DNA of 61,588 nt, counting the filler, from Sphacelaria rigidula (taxonomy: Eukaryota), in the NCBI GenBank assembly GCA_964200075.2. It is 7 parts of 7 records of this genome, joined end to end, with 100 filler letters (N's around TTAATTAATTAA, not from the genome) between each part and the next. Parts side by side here need not be neighbours in the genome. Positions count along the whole stretch, not along the records: positions 44,066 to 52,777 come from CAXNAA020010299.1; positions 52,878 to 61,588 come from CAXNAA020010300.1; 5 more parts are not named here. One strand, given 5' to 3'. The notes under the pieces are model-generated. The model had not been told where the DNA came from. It saw only the letters and a program-made list of their open reading frames with translations, and did no database searches. The position numbers and the translations under genes are program-made. This document shows, piece by piece, positions 51,001 through 61,588 of the stretch (position 1 is its first letter; the number at the start of each line of letters is the position of its first letter).

Positions 51001-52651
51001 AATTGATGGATGATGATCACGTACACGGAAACAGTATGAAATCGTACAAAAACGGCACCAACACCGCACAGTTCGCTTCACCACCTTTAACTGAGGTGCC
51101 TCCAAAACCCGGATACTGTATGGGGTCCTCGCCGATACGGGGCGGCCGGTGCTAACATCTTGTACTTGACGGGCTGGTGAAGATACACGCTCTAGTACCC
51201 ATCGAGCACTGTGAGTTGGGGGCCAAACGCGTGTTACCCATTATTTGGCGTATGTTCAACGCTCCTTTCCGCTTCCAGTAGGTCTTTTTCTTCGAAGATT
51301 TGAGTGGGTCGCGCCGAAGGGTTGTTTCTCTGTTGAAAATCGGTGAAATATTCTTTTTTTGCATGAATCACACCACGTCGTAGTTTTGCAAAAGGTTTTG
51401 TTTTTTCCTCCATGTCCGTTGCTTCGTATCGCTGTGTCTTGACATTTGTGCCCCTTATGATTGCAAAGTTCAAGGCCGGCTTGCTGTTCAAGAGCATAGT
51501 ACAGAAGCCGCTGCTGGGGGACGACGAAGAAGAGGATACCTTGGGACGCTTCACTCGGCTGTATCTTAATCGCTTCAGGGATAACATACTTTTAGAAAAG
51601 GGATGCCGGTTAGAGGTGGGTATATTGTAAATTCTTCAGTGATGCTGTTCTCATGGCTTACCGAGACCGGAGGGGAGAGGGGGGGGGGGGGACTTCACCA
51701 TAGAGAGAACACTTGAAGTGCCTTTGCTCAGTTATGTGACAGGGGTGTAGAAAGATGAAGTAGTGTTACCTTGTCAAATTTTGAACATGGTTTATGGATA
51801 TTCAGAGCGGTCTGCGTAGGGGTGACATTGTCTTCCATTTTTGGTTGATGGACTGCAGAAAATTCCTCTTCACGAGGAGGACATTTGGGGACGGTGTTGG
51901 ATGCTGCCGGCGTGTATCTACCGCCTAGCGACAATATGCCAATAGCGAGGGAGACAAGAGGCCGTATTTTGGAGCAGCTGGGCTATTGACAGTTTTCTTT
52001 TTTGCTGCTGTGCGTTGGGCGTATATTCGATCGTCCCACATGCACCGTGCTTTTAGAACTGCTCCAATACAGCGGGCAGTTGGTTGCTTGATGCGGCCGT
52101 GTGCTGGGAGTGTGTTAGGGTGTCGCACACGCAGTGTGTTCCTTGCGCTGTGCTCCTGGTGTAGGTATGCAAGCGGCCCAAGCGTGCGCTTGAGATCAAT
52201 CGTTCAACCCCGAAGCTCTTGAGATCTTTAATGCGGGAGCAACTTTTTCTATCGGTACCGTGTCCTAGCACGTGCACAGGGGCATGTATGGGTCTGAAGT
52301 GACTCCTTCGCGGTCAAATCGTTTTCAAACGGCGGCGTTATATGATGAGAGCCTTCACCCCAGCATGCTGCAGGTGTTTGATGATGAAGGGGTAAGCTGT
52401 TCCGATAGTTCGGGTACGACGATGGTACAAGGTTCGTGACGCTGGAGGCACCTTGTGGTCTTGTCGTCCGTTTTACTGTTTTATTCAGCTCTCGTGTCCC
52501 CCCCGCCGTCTTGTTCAAACATGGTTTCCCCCAGCCAACCGCCAAGGAGGTTTTCCTGGACATGCTGGTGAACCATCTTTCTCAGCTCGTGGGGGGTGTG
52601 GGAACGGTGGTCCCTTGGCACAACGTGCGGTTGGCGCTCTTCCCTAAAAAG
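45021..52651 (+). CDS. Two internal exons of an unknown gene: 45021-45113 and 52489-52651
   Basis: TAG|…|GTGAGC and CAG|…|GTACAG boundaries. The phase-compatible join gives WWDSSVNVGLTWTMYCSTSTPSTSPTERMT-I-SRVPPAVLFKHGFPQPTAKEVFLDMLVNHLSQLVGGVGTVVPWHNVRLALFPKK. The frame of the first exon is ambiguous. Confidence 0.5.
45611..46079. mobile_element. Foldback element / palindromic MITE (about 470 bp)
   Basis: TCCTTCTCCGTCGATTTACGCC...GCTAGGCGGATGTTGACGCCTTGGAAT is mirrored at about 45968-46028. Confidence 0.88.
47826..49507 (-). mobile_element. 5'-truncated, decayed RTEX-like LINE (family A): RT plus C-terminal Cys/His knuckle
   Basis: Motifs QAGVRPDRGCVDHVYTL, FFLDVQKACDTV, QGFLQGC, MFAD, QYTYL, ALRTELG, KLKLRFRVG, PCGK..ESRTH...C..Y. 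Ends …IRSRNGAPSRGGCVVNGQTTKASNE*. Clade assignment is by motif recall. Confidence 0.9.
50208..50259 (+). mobile_element. LINE family A 3' tip between C-rich tracts
   Basis: AGGGATGCGTGGTCAATGGTCAAACGACTAAGGCAAGCAACAAATGAGTACG. Confidence 0.88.
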
Positions 52652-52707
52652 GTACAGGATGTGGTTCAGCTGTCATGCGGACGTTCCCCCCCCCCCGCAC
52701 ATGGTTA

Positions 52708-52777
52708 CGTGCTCCGTCTCGAAAGGGATGCGTGGTCAATGGTCAAATGACTAAGGCAAGCAACAAATGAGTACGCC
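52708..52777 (+). mobile_element. LINE family A 3' tip at contig end, preceded by a C-run
   Basis: GTGCTCCGTCTCGAAAGGGATGCGTGGTCAATGGTCAAATGACTAAGGCAAGCAACAAATGAGTACGCC. Confidence 0.88.
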
Positions 52778-53389
52778 NNNNNNNNNNNNNNNNNNNNNNN
52801 NNNNNNNNNNNNNNNNNNNNNTTAATTAATTAANNNNNNNNNNNNNNNNNNNNNNNNNNNNNNNNNNNNNNNNNNNNGGGAGGTGGGGGGCGCCGCAGGG
52901 GTGCGGGCGGGTGGGGGAGGCGGGGGGCGGAGGGAGGGGGGGGGGGGGGGGGCGGGGGGGGGGGGTACAAGTACGGCGAGCAAGAGATGCAACCCCTCGC
53001 CGGCCGCTGAGCATTGTGTGAGAATGAGGAGTGCACTTTTAAGGGCAGCTCAAGGCGCATCTGTGAAGATCGATATCGGAAGAATTTGGACGTACTCTTC
53101 ACAGCCTTGGGCAATATCTCAACCTCGGTCCTTCGAGCAATGAGGTAAATAAACCCGTTGGTTTTCACCCACTCGCCCTTGGATGGCTTGGAAGTTGAGC
53201 CTTCGATACCGCTACCCAAAACTTCGAGCAATCCTCATACAGCGTGCTGCGTGCCATCATTGTCAAGGTGCACCCTGGGATGATAAACAATAGAGCATCC
53301 ATCGAACCCCGAACTACTCCCCCTCCCCCTCACTCCCCAATAGCATGTACACCAGAATCTCCCTCCTGTTCGGGAAAGGAGAAACTGAC

Positions 53390-56300
53390 CTCCATCGCCG
53401 CGTATTGAACCAGCATGTTTGCGCCCGCCTTGCTGGCCGAGTACACCCCCGCGGTTTTGAACTTGGCGGTTGCCCTGATACCCGTCGCAGAGGTGTTCAC
53501 GATAATGGATCCCTTGTCTCCTGACTTAGCCATAGCAGGGATCTGCGTACATAACGCAAAGGAATCGCATTTACAAAAAAAGGGAAAGCAGTAGGGCATG
53601 TTGCACGATAGAAAAATTGATGGAGAGAGAGTTTTCGCATACTAATTCATTGTTCCATGAACCCAGCCGTCGTGATGGCCGTACCCACGGTACAAAGATC
53701 AAGAAAACCCCCCTGATAGAAACTCATACGAGAAATCGACTTCGGAAGAAAGTAGTTGGCCGAGCTTGTTTGACGAGAGTTGACGCGTTGTGGAAGAAAG
53801 CGCTGACCCAATCCGCGAGACAAGAGTGCAAGGCGTGTACCGGAGGAGGGTGTACACATGATCTTACATGCCATAGTCATAGGATTATTGACCTCGTGCC
53901 CCTACAAAGCAGGGACGGAGCACGCCGGGTTTTCATCGGACCAGGCTTGCAATCAACCACCAAGCGCGAAGCGCTGTGGTGCGGTCGGCGAGTCGCTTAA
54001 AGGGTGAGCTGCATCCTGCCAAGACTGTTCGGTCCGAAGCGTACCGATTATGTTGCATTTGGATGACAGCCTCCAATTTGTTGCTTCATTTTCTGGTATC
54101 GGCACTTCCAGAGACAGCCACGGCCTACATACGGCATCATGGGTGTCTCATCATTTCAACATCACGTAGTATGATCATCCCCTTTGCGCGGAATCGATGT
54201 TGTCCCACCCCGCAAAATATGATCCAGCTCGATCACCATCATGGTTACCGCAGGAGCAAACGCAAGTGCGCAAAATAAATCGGTAACTTGGCTACCTAGC
54301 TTACGGAATGAGTGGTGCTTTTCACGGCGTCATCGCCAACCGACGTCAACCCCACAGGGGATCCGACGCGTGTGTAATGCGTGAGAGAACCGCGTGCTCA
54401 GAGGACCGCACCAGAATTTAAGCACCCCTATGGTTAGGGTTAGGGTTAGGGTTAGCGTTGGGGTTGGGGTTGGGGTCAGGAGCGTATTCCCTGCAGGGAC
54501 TGACCCGATTGGTTTTGAAAAAAGCCGATCCGGAGGTGTTTTGGACGACGGCGCGGTCCTCTAAGCGCGCGGTCCTCTCACGCATCACAGCGTGTACCGA
54601 GGGGGGGGGGTCTACTCATTTGTTGCTTGCCTTGGTCGTTTGACCATTGACCCAAATTAAAGTAGTGGCAAATAGCAAATAACGAATAAAAAGACAAGAC
54701 GAAGGAGAAAGGAAAAATGACCAGAGACTGGAGAACGCATTGAACAGGAAGATACAATACACAAAAAACAAAACATATACACCAGTCGCTCAACCGTCAC
54801 TTAGACTCCAGGCAACCGCGGACAGAACACTCAGGTCTGAGTCATTCTCAGCAAAAGCATAATGCCAGTTCACAACATATCACAAAATATTACCGAGTGG
54901 TCGAAAAAGAGTAAACAACAATGCTCGGCTGTGTTGCACAAAATGTAATTCGTGGGAAGACCGCGTACTTTTTGGACCGGATCGGAAGTTGAACACCCCA
55001 GGATCGACGTCTTTCGAAACCGCTCGGGCAAGTCCCTGCAGCGACCGCGCCCCTGACCCTGACTCTAACCCTAACCCTAACACTAACACTAACCCTAACC
55101 CTGAACCTAACCCTAACCATAGGGGTGTTTGAACTCTTATGTGCTCCAAGTAGCACGCGATCCTTCCACGCATTACATAGGCGTAAGGTGCCAGGTTCAC
55201 ACCTGGTATGTCCCAGAAATGCAGAACCTTGTCTCCATCCTATGATGCCCATACCTGGTACTTGAAGCAGAAGATGAGAGACTTGAGGTTGATGTCCAGA
55301 AGGGAAGTCGCCATTTCATCCGTCATCTCGGCGAACGAAGTAGCCTGGAATATGCCGTGGTTGTTGAACGCCACGTGCAGGCCGCCGTAGGTAGACACGG
55401 TCATGTCCACCATGTTCTTGCAGTCGGCTTCCTGCTCCAGCAACGACAAGAAAGCAATTACAAGAGAATAAACAGCAAGAAACTACACAGGAGACCAAAG
55501 AACGCAGTGCTTCAATGGGAATATATATGTGATCTTCGTATTCCTCGGGGACCCCAAAACGCTACTACTGCTGTACACTATTTCGTACCTTGGAAGCATC
55601 GCCGGCCACAACGAGAGCTTCGCCCCCGGCAGCCTTGATCTCATCAGCTACCAGCTTCAGCTTTTCTTCAGTCCTAGAGACTAGAACCACCTGAAGGGGG
55701 AGCACATACGAAGCAAATCAAACACAGCAAAGCACGTGAGAGTTTACTTCACCATGCGAGTATGTCGAGAATAAAAGTATGGCTGAAATATACGTTTGAT
55801 GTTAGTACAGTCATGATGGCAGGCTAGACGCCTGAGATTGAGACCCTTCTTCATGGCGCCGCGCCCGAGTTAGTCTTTACCGGTGTAATGCGTGAGGGGA
55901 CCGCGTGGTTAGAGGACCGCATCGGAAATTCAACATTCCTACGGTTAGGCTTAGGGTTAGGCTTAGGGGCGTTGTACCTGCAGGGGCTGGCCCGATTGGT
56001 TTCGAAACACGTCGATCCTGAGGTGTTTTTAACTACGGCGCGGTCCTCTACGCACGCGGCCCTCTCACGTATTGCACCGGTACATTTCGAGACTGATCGG
56101 TCCTCTGGATTTTTAGGAACGTTTTTAAAGGCGAAATACTCCAGGGTAGGCAGGATATCTATAACGCGTGGGAGAACTGAGAAGCAGCTCGGTGCATCGG
56201 TGACGATTACACCCTTTTCTTCATCGTCTCTCCATTATCATTCACCACATCACCTCACACCGTAAGCCATGTAGACTCACATGAAACCGATATAAAACAT

Positions 56301-59300
56301 GGACCACTGAATAACAGAAGGAATCTCGAAGAACAATAGTGGAACTAAATTCGGGTGGGTGGCATGTGCTCGCCACACCACGGAATAACAACAGGAATTC
56401 GTCATACCACATAATCCGATGAAACGCCTCCTACACGACATACTCCACGGGCACCGTAGGTGAGGTACCGTACCGAGCGTACCCCCAGTATTTACCGGGG
56501 TATCCCATACCGTGGTATGCGTAGGTATCGTAGGCATGACGTTTCAAAATACGGGATTGGGCGAGTACGGTAGGTATTGAAATTTCGAAATACCATGCTA
56601 TCGTAGGTGTCGTAAGTATGGCATTTCAAAATACCGAATTGGGCGGGTACCGTAGGTACTGAAATTTCGAAATACCGTGGTATCTTGGTACCGCGCAGGG
56701 ATGAGTTTCGAAAATACCGCATTGGGTCGGTATCGGTAGGGTAGGAGATGTCCCCAATACCGGTGCCGGGTACCTACCTTACCCTCTATACCGAATTCGG
56801 AATTGTCATCTGGCAGTGCGAAGCGTTTCAGATCTGCAAGTTGGGCAGTCGACGTTTTCACAGGCACTGTAGGTAAGGTACCGTTGTAATGCGTGAGAGG
56901 ACCGCGTGCTTAGAGGACCGCGCCGTAGTTCAAAACACCTTAGGATCGACGTTCTTCAAAATCAATCGGGCCAGTACCTGCAGGTACGACGTCCCTGACT
57001 ATAACCCCAACACTAACCCTGACCCTAACCCTGACCATGGGGATGTTCAAATTCCGATGCGGTCCTCTAAGCCCGCGGTCCTCTCACGCATTACACCGTA
57101 CTGAACGTACCCCCGGTATTCACCGGGGTATGCCATACGGTGGTATGCGCAGGTATTGTTGGTATGGGTTTTCAAAATATCGGATTGGGCGGGTACGGTA
57201 GGTATTGAAATCTCGAAATACCCTCGTATCGTAGGTATCGGAGGTATGGCATATGAAAAAACCGGTTTGGGTGGGTACGGTAGGTACTGAAATCTCGAAA
57301 TACCCTGGTATCGTACGTATCGTAGGTATGACATATGAAAATACCGGATTAGATCGGTAATCGGTAGGGTATGAGATGTCCCAAATACCGGTACCGGGTA
57401 CCTGCCTTACCTACTACGGCGCCTGTGGAATACTCCAACATCCCCACATTCCGGTTATTCCGTCCACATATTCCTTGTATCACATCGCGTAATCCGATGT
57501 GCACACAGTATCCTATAAGTCATCATCATTCTCCTCACGACTAAGTGTAAGCATATTCGATCAAGGACCGCGTACTTTTTGGACCGCATCAGAGTTGAAA
57601 CGCCCCTAAGCTTAGGCTTAGGCTTAGGCTAAAAGTTAGGGTCAGGTGCGCGGTTCCTGAAGGACTGATCCGAGCGGTCTTGAAAAACGTCGATGCTGAG
57701 GTGTTCAAATCCCGTTGCGGTCCAATATACAGTAAGTACCAGTCCAATATACAGTAAGTACCAGTCCAATATACAGTAAGCAGTACGCGGTCCCCCACGC
57801 ATTACAGTATCGATTGCCGAAATGGTCGGTACTCCAGGGTAGGCAAGGTATCGACACCCCCAAGCACCCTACTTTGTACTCTACCCAACGCTCAACCGCC
57901 TGCATAGGTATGTATCTGGAGGGAGGTGAGCTAGTCCGTCGAGGCTTACAGACTCGTCCTGAGGAAGAGAAGGGCGGGGGTTGAAGGTATTACAAAAAAA
58001 GAAAGGAAGAGAAGAACGACGACACACAACTCGTGCGTGGTGTATGGCACATCCAGCAGCGAGACAGCTAGCACAGCGCGGACAATACGGGCAATTGGGA
58101 TGGCGTGGCACGCCTTGCAACACGCTGGCAGCCAGCGTGGACACACCGAAAACGAAAAGGGGCATATATGCGCAAGGAACACGGCAGGATAAAGGCATCC
58201 GTGAAGTCGGAGGAGACCTTTCCTGCTGGTCGAACATAATGGTTGATCTGAGGGCGTGTTTCATTACAATACTTTTTAGGTTTGTTTATACCACGTGGGA
58301 GGGTGAGAAGTTTCTCGGAAATCTATGACTTCGGACAGATTGTAACACTAACACCCCACTACCACTACCACTACCACTTCCACTACCACTGACACTAACC
58401 CCGACCTCAACGAAGGCATGTGCAGCACCGAGAATCCTAAGGCGAGGGGGGTGCTGTCAAGAATTTCATGTTGCATAAGATATGTGAGTCAATCTTCAGT
58501 GGCACCAAGCTAAAATACGGAGGCTTGTTCATTGAATAACAGGCGGGACATTATGCGGGGTAATAGGAAACGATTGGAGTTGTTGTGCAGCCTTCCAGAA
58601 TGCTGTGGTGTGAAGGTTGTTCTGGAAAATATTCTTGACTAGTAGTCGCAGGTCAGTCAAGAACTCGCCAGATGAATAGATTTGGCGGTTGGATACATTT
58701 TCTAAATTTGGCGGAGCATGCGACAGTGAGCTCGAGAAAGATTCCTAATGTGGGAACACCGATTGATTGTTCGAGAAGGTGGCACAGTAGCGTAACGATC
58801 TTCGTTGTGACCGTCCCACATGGTCCTGTTTGTGTGGGATCTGCTACATGGACAAGTAATAGTGAATATACATTCGTGTTCAGACGCCTGCGGTGTCCAC
58901 TCCTGAGACAAGGTCAGCATAAAGCTGCCTGCGCCAACCTCTGCCGTCAACTGCCAAGAGGAGTACAACGGTCTCCAAGACTACCATATTCCTCAACAGT
59001 GCAAAGTGTTCCCTGGGCGAAGTGTGCGTTGCTAGAACTCGAATCCGCGCCCCAGGCTAATCAATTGGCACCGTTCTTGTGAGAATACACGGTCCATGCA
59101 GTCAAACGAACGACACGAACACCTTTGTACAGACAGACTGAGTCCTTGTATGGACACGCACATGAGCGAAGTGGTGCTGCCATGACAGGGTACACGGATC
59201 ACACATACCTTCGCGCCTTCCCTCGCGAATTTCAGCGCCGTCACCTTGCCTATCCCGGAGGACGCACCGGTTACAAGCGCCACCTTGCCGGCCAGCTTGC

Positions 59301-59316
59301 CTGATGCGGAGGACAT
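53390..59316 (-). CDS. Classical short-chain dehydrogenase/reductase; exons 59316-59209, 55690-55589, 55431-55255, 53542-53390; last exon(s) not found
   Basis: Motifs GKVALVTGASSGIG, VVLVSRT, VAGDAS, AFNNHG, DINL, IIVNTS and catalytic YSASK. All introns are GT-AG, phase 0. Confidence 0.96.
53851..53960 (-). mobile_element. LINE family B 3' fragment ending at a C-rich tract
   Basis: Homologous to 44151-44256 (AAACCCGGCGTGCTC.GTCCC.GCTTTG.AGGG). Confidence 0.75.
54373..54589 (+). mobile_element. MITE carrying internal (TTAGGG)n/(TTGGGG)n, copy 1
   Basis: TIR TGTAATGCGTGAGAG.ACCGCG / CGCGGTCCTCTCACGCAT.ACA. Telomere-type tract at 54434-54475. Confidence 0.88.
54612..54652 (-). mobile_element. 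LINE family A 3' tip followed by C10
   Basis: Reverse complement GGTCAATGGTCAAACGACCAAGGCAAGCAACAAATGAGTAGA-(C)10. Confidence 0.82.
54944..55177 (-). mobile_element. Telomeric-repeat MITE, copy 2
   Basis: Same TIR family; (CCCTAA)n at about 55060-55117. Confidence 0.85.
55880..56080 (+). mobile_element. Telomeric-repeat MITE, copy 3, with TA flanks
   Basis: TA|CCGGTGTAATGCGTGAG…CTCACGTATTGCACCGG|TA; internal TTAGGC/TTAGGG. Confidence 0.88.
56455..57414. mobile_element. Two tandem copies (about 56455-56785 and 56868-57414) of a GGTAC-rich element with internal subrepeats
   Basis: Repeated GTAGGTA.TGAAAT.TCGAAATACC and ends GTAGGT.AGG / CCTTACC. Confidence 0.8.
56881..57098 (-). mobile_element. 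Telomeric-repeat MITE, copy 4, nested in the GGTAC-rich element
   Basis: TA|CCGTTGTAATGCGTGAGAGGACCGCG…CGCGGTCCTCTCACGCATTACACCG|TA; degenerate CCCTAA tract. Confidence 0.88.
57564..57806 (+). mobile_element. Telomeric-repeat MITE, copy 5 (TTAGGC variant) with a 22-bp tandem triplication at 57721-57780
   Basis: GGACCGCGTACT…(TTAGGC)3…AGTACGCGGTCCCCCACGCATTACA; TCCAATATACAGTAAGTACCAG x2.7. Confidence 0.8.
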
Positions 59317-59879
59317 GATCTCAGTTTATTATCCTTTTTCTAACGTCCCTATGGATGGCAACTTTAAGAGCGCACTGAGTAGGGGTTTTCGTGTCTTGAT
59401 GGATTTTTGGTGTCGTTCGTGAAGCTTTATTGTCACCCAAAGTTGAGATGGATCCAGAGGTTAGCTACGTTCTGACGGCGGGTGGGATTGTTTGTGTTCG
59501 GTGAGCGAGCGGAGCCGCGGGACGAAGAAAAGGCATTTTATCCCGCTGTTCCATATCTGCGGGATGAGGCGGGGAGATATTTCGGGTTAGAGACAGAAAC
59601 GGGTAAACAGTAGCTCCGAGAACCTTGGCTGCAAGGGGGTACTGCGCATTATTCAAGGCGGTAGGTACCAGGGTTAGACAAAACATCTGTAGCCAACCAC
59701 GGTGTGCCCTGGCGCACACTGGAGCCGAAGACGGTGTGCGCACCCCGCATAGGGGCCCCCGGAGGGCAACGCCGACGTAGGGGCCGCTGGAGAAGAAATA
59801 TGGGTTTCAACGGCGGTGTCGGCGATGAGTACGGGGAAAATATTTTCGCGCAAGCCCCCCCCCTCCCCCCTCCCCTCCC

Positions 59880-60640
59880 ATACGGGAGAGGAGAGCGTGA
59901 AGATGGTGAAGAAGTTGGGAACAGTACTTGGATGCTCGCAAACGACGAGTAATACAGCATTGAGAGCAGAGTTGGGAATACACTCACTTGAAACTAACAG
60001 AGACATGAGGAAATGATGTGGCAATATAGCGTAAAGAAAATGCAGAGAAAGAGATCGATGATAGCTGTAAATAGTTGATGAGGCTTTATGGAAGAAACCA
60101 CGAAAGAGCGGCCTGGAATAAGGTGGGATAGAGAAGTGGAGAGAGTATGGAAGGAGATAGGAGGGAACCAAGACGAAATACTGTCCATAGATGAAGGCGC
60201 GGGGTGCAAGGCAAATGTAAGAGACATGATGGAAATGAGAGGAAAATGAGCGCCCAGACGCAAGTAGACGAGGAAGAACACCTGAAGATGTGCGGGGGGT
60301 TGAGAGAGAGGATATAGGGGTGGACATATATTCGCATGGCCCAATGGACGCGGCGAGAAAATTGAAACTGCGATTTCGGGTGGGGCACCTGGACCTGCCA
60401 GAAAAAAAAAAGATATTTACCAGTTGTCGAGGGGAGGAGGAAGTAGATGCACAGAATTGCCCCCGTTGTGGCAAATCAATAGAGAACAAAACTCATACAA
60501 CGGCAGAATGTTAACTGTACAAGGAGGAACGGGACGTGCTAAAAGGGGAAATGCGGGGCGTGAACGAAGGTGGCATGAACTCGTTTGATGCATTAGACGG
60601 TAGCGAAAAAGCGATGGCTATACTGTAATTGGAGGTAGAT
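59880..60640 (+). mobile_element. RTEX-like LINE family A fragment (C-terminal region), starting after a C-rich tract
   Basis: NTALRAELG, GPMDAARKLKLRFRVGHLDL, CPRCGKSIENKTHTTAEC. Homologous to 48030-48700. Confidence 0.88.
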
Positions 60641-60669
60641 GGTGTAAGTCACGTGGGACAAGCGCGAAC

Positions 60670-61185
60670 AGGTATTCCACTCGCTGGAGGTGGACATGAG
60701 CTATGCCCAACTCGTGACTTGAACATAGCTTATGTCCCTCTCCAGTCGGTTGGCGGTATTTTTTGGCATTGTGCAGCAGGCGCGTTTCTCGATTGCTCCG
60801 AGGCCGTTTGCACCGTGCGATGGCTTGAATGGTGGCTACGGACTGTGTGAGTGTTTATCAGGTGTTGTGGTGTCGACGCAAGGTATTCCAATCGCTGGAG
60901 GTGGACATAAGCTATGTCCAAGTCGCGACTTGGATATAGCATATATATGTCCACCTCCGGTCGGTTGGCGGTATAGGTTTTGGCACTGTGCAGCAGGTCC
61001 GTTTCTCGTCCGCTACGAGGCCGTTTGCACCGTGCGATGGCTTGGACGATGGCTACTGGATGTGAGAGTGTATTCCGGATGTTCTGGTGCCGATGCGAGA
61101 CACATGAGACGAACGCGGGCTGGTATAGTCAATTCCCAGCTGGAGGTAGACATAACTATTTCCAAGTCGCGACTTGGAAATAGCA
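60670..61185 (+). repeat. About 2.3 tandem units (210-245 bp), each opening with an approximately 65-bp hairpin
   Basis: GGAGGTGGACATA-AGCTATGTCCAAGTCGCGACTTGGATATAGC-…TATGTCCACCTCC. GAGGCCGTTTGCACCGTGCGATGGCTTG occurs twice. Confidence 0.85.
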
Positions 61186-61588
61186 TTACCCAAACAAGTA
61201 GTTGCACAAGCGTATTACTTCCCTGCCACACGAAGCGGCACGCAACGCAGCAGCAGGAAAATGTCAGGAAGCACGCAGCGGCAGGAAAAGTGTCACTTTG
61301 ACGGCCAAATCGAGAAGTATTCCAGCTCATCTGCCCGTGGCTAAAAACAAGCGCAAAAATGGTTTTACGCGGAAGGAGTCAAATAAAAAACCTGAGGTTT
61401 TGGTCCCAGCCCGCGGTAAAATTGTGGTCCTGGATGGCTTTCTTGACTTTTTCCGGAACCTTCCTAACATCGAACAACAAATTGTGCGAATTGAGGTTTT
61501 ACTTCGAGATGAGGCTCAAGCCCAAAACAGTGCTGTCCCCACACTTTCAGCGATGGTGCCCAATGACATTTTTGTCGGCCTAATGCCC

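Noticed and set aside
54434-54475. True telomere or chromosome fusion site
   Set aside because: Short, degenerate, and enclosed by MITE TIRs inside an intron.
57721-57780. 22-bp direct repeats as a CRISPR array
   Set aside because: Head-to-tail with no spacers, inside a MITE, eukaryotic context, no cas genes.
59674-60489. 271-aa minus-strand ORF (likewise + strand ORFs over 48065-49312)
   Set aside because: Antisense to the purine-rich LINE coding strand.

Overview
Eukaryotic, intron-rich and repeat-rich DNA. A brown-alga-like (stramenopile) origin is inferred from gene style and is not proven. The window is not one locus. It is seven unrelated contigs of decreasing size (8714, 8713, 8713, 8713, 8712, 8712, 8711 bp) joined by an artificial N44-TTAATTAATTAA-N44 spacer. 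Recognisable genes are the first three exons of an ARF-family GTPase (+, 30811-33920) and four exons of a classical short-chain dehydrogenase/reductase (-, 59316-53390). There are also several spliced orphan gene fragments. Mobile DNA dominates: a decayed RTE-type LINE, an RTEX-like LINE family, a tRNA-derived SINE head, and many MITE/foldback families. The most striking pattern is the RTEX-like family. About a dozen 5'-truncated copies lack a poly(A) tail and sit at oligo(C) tracts, one with a clear (C)n-AAAGT target-site duplication and a visible empty paralogous site. A TA-flanked MITE carrying internal telomere-type (TTAGGG)n occurs five times inside the SDR gene.
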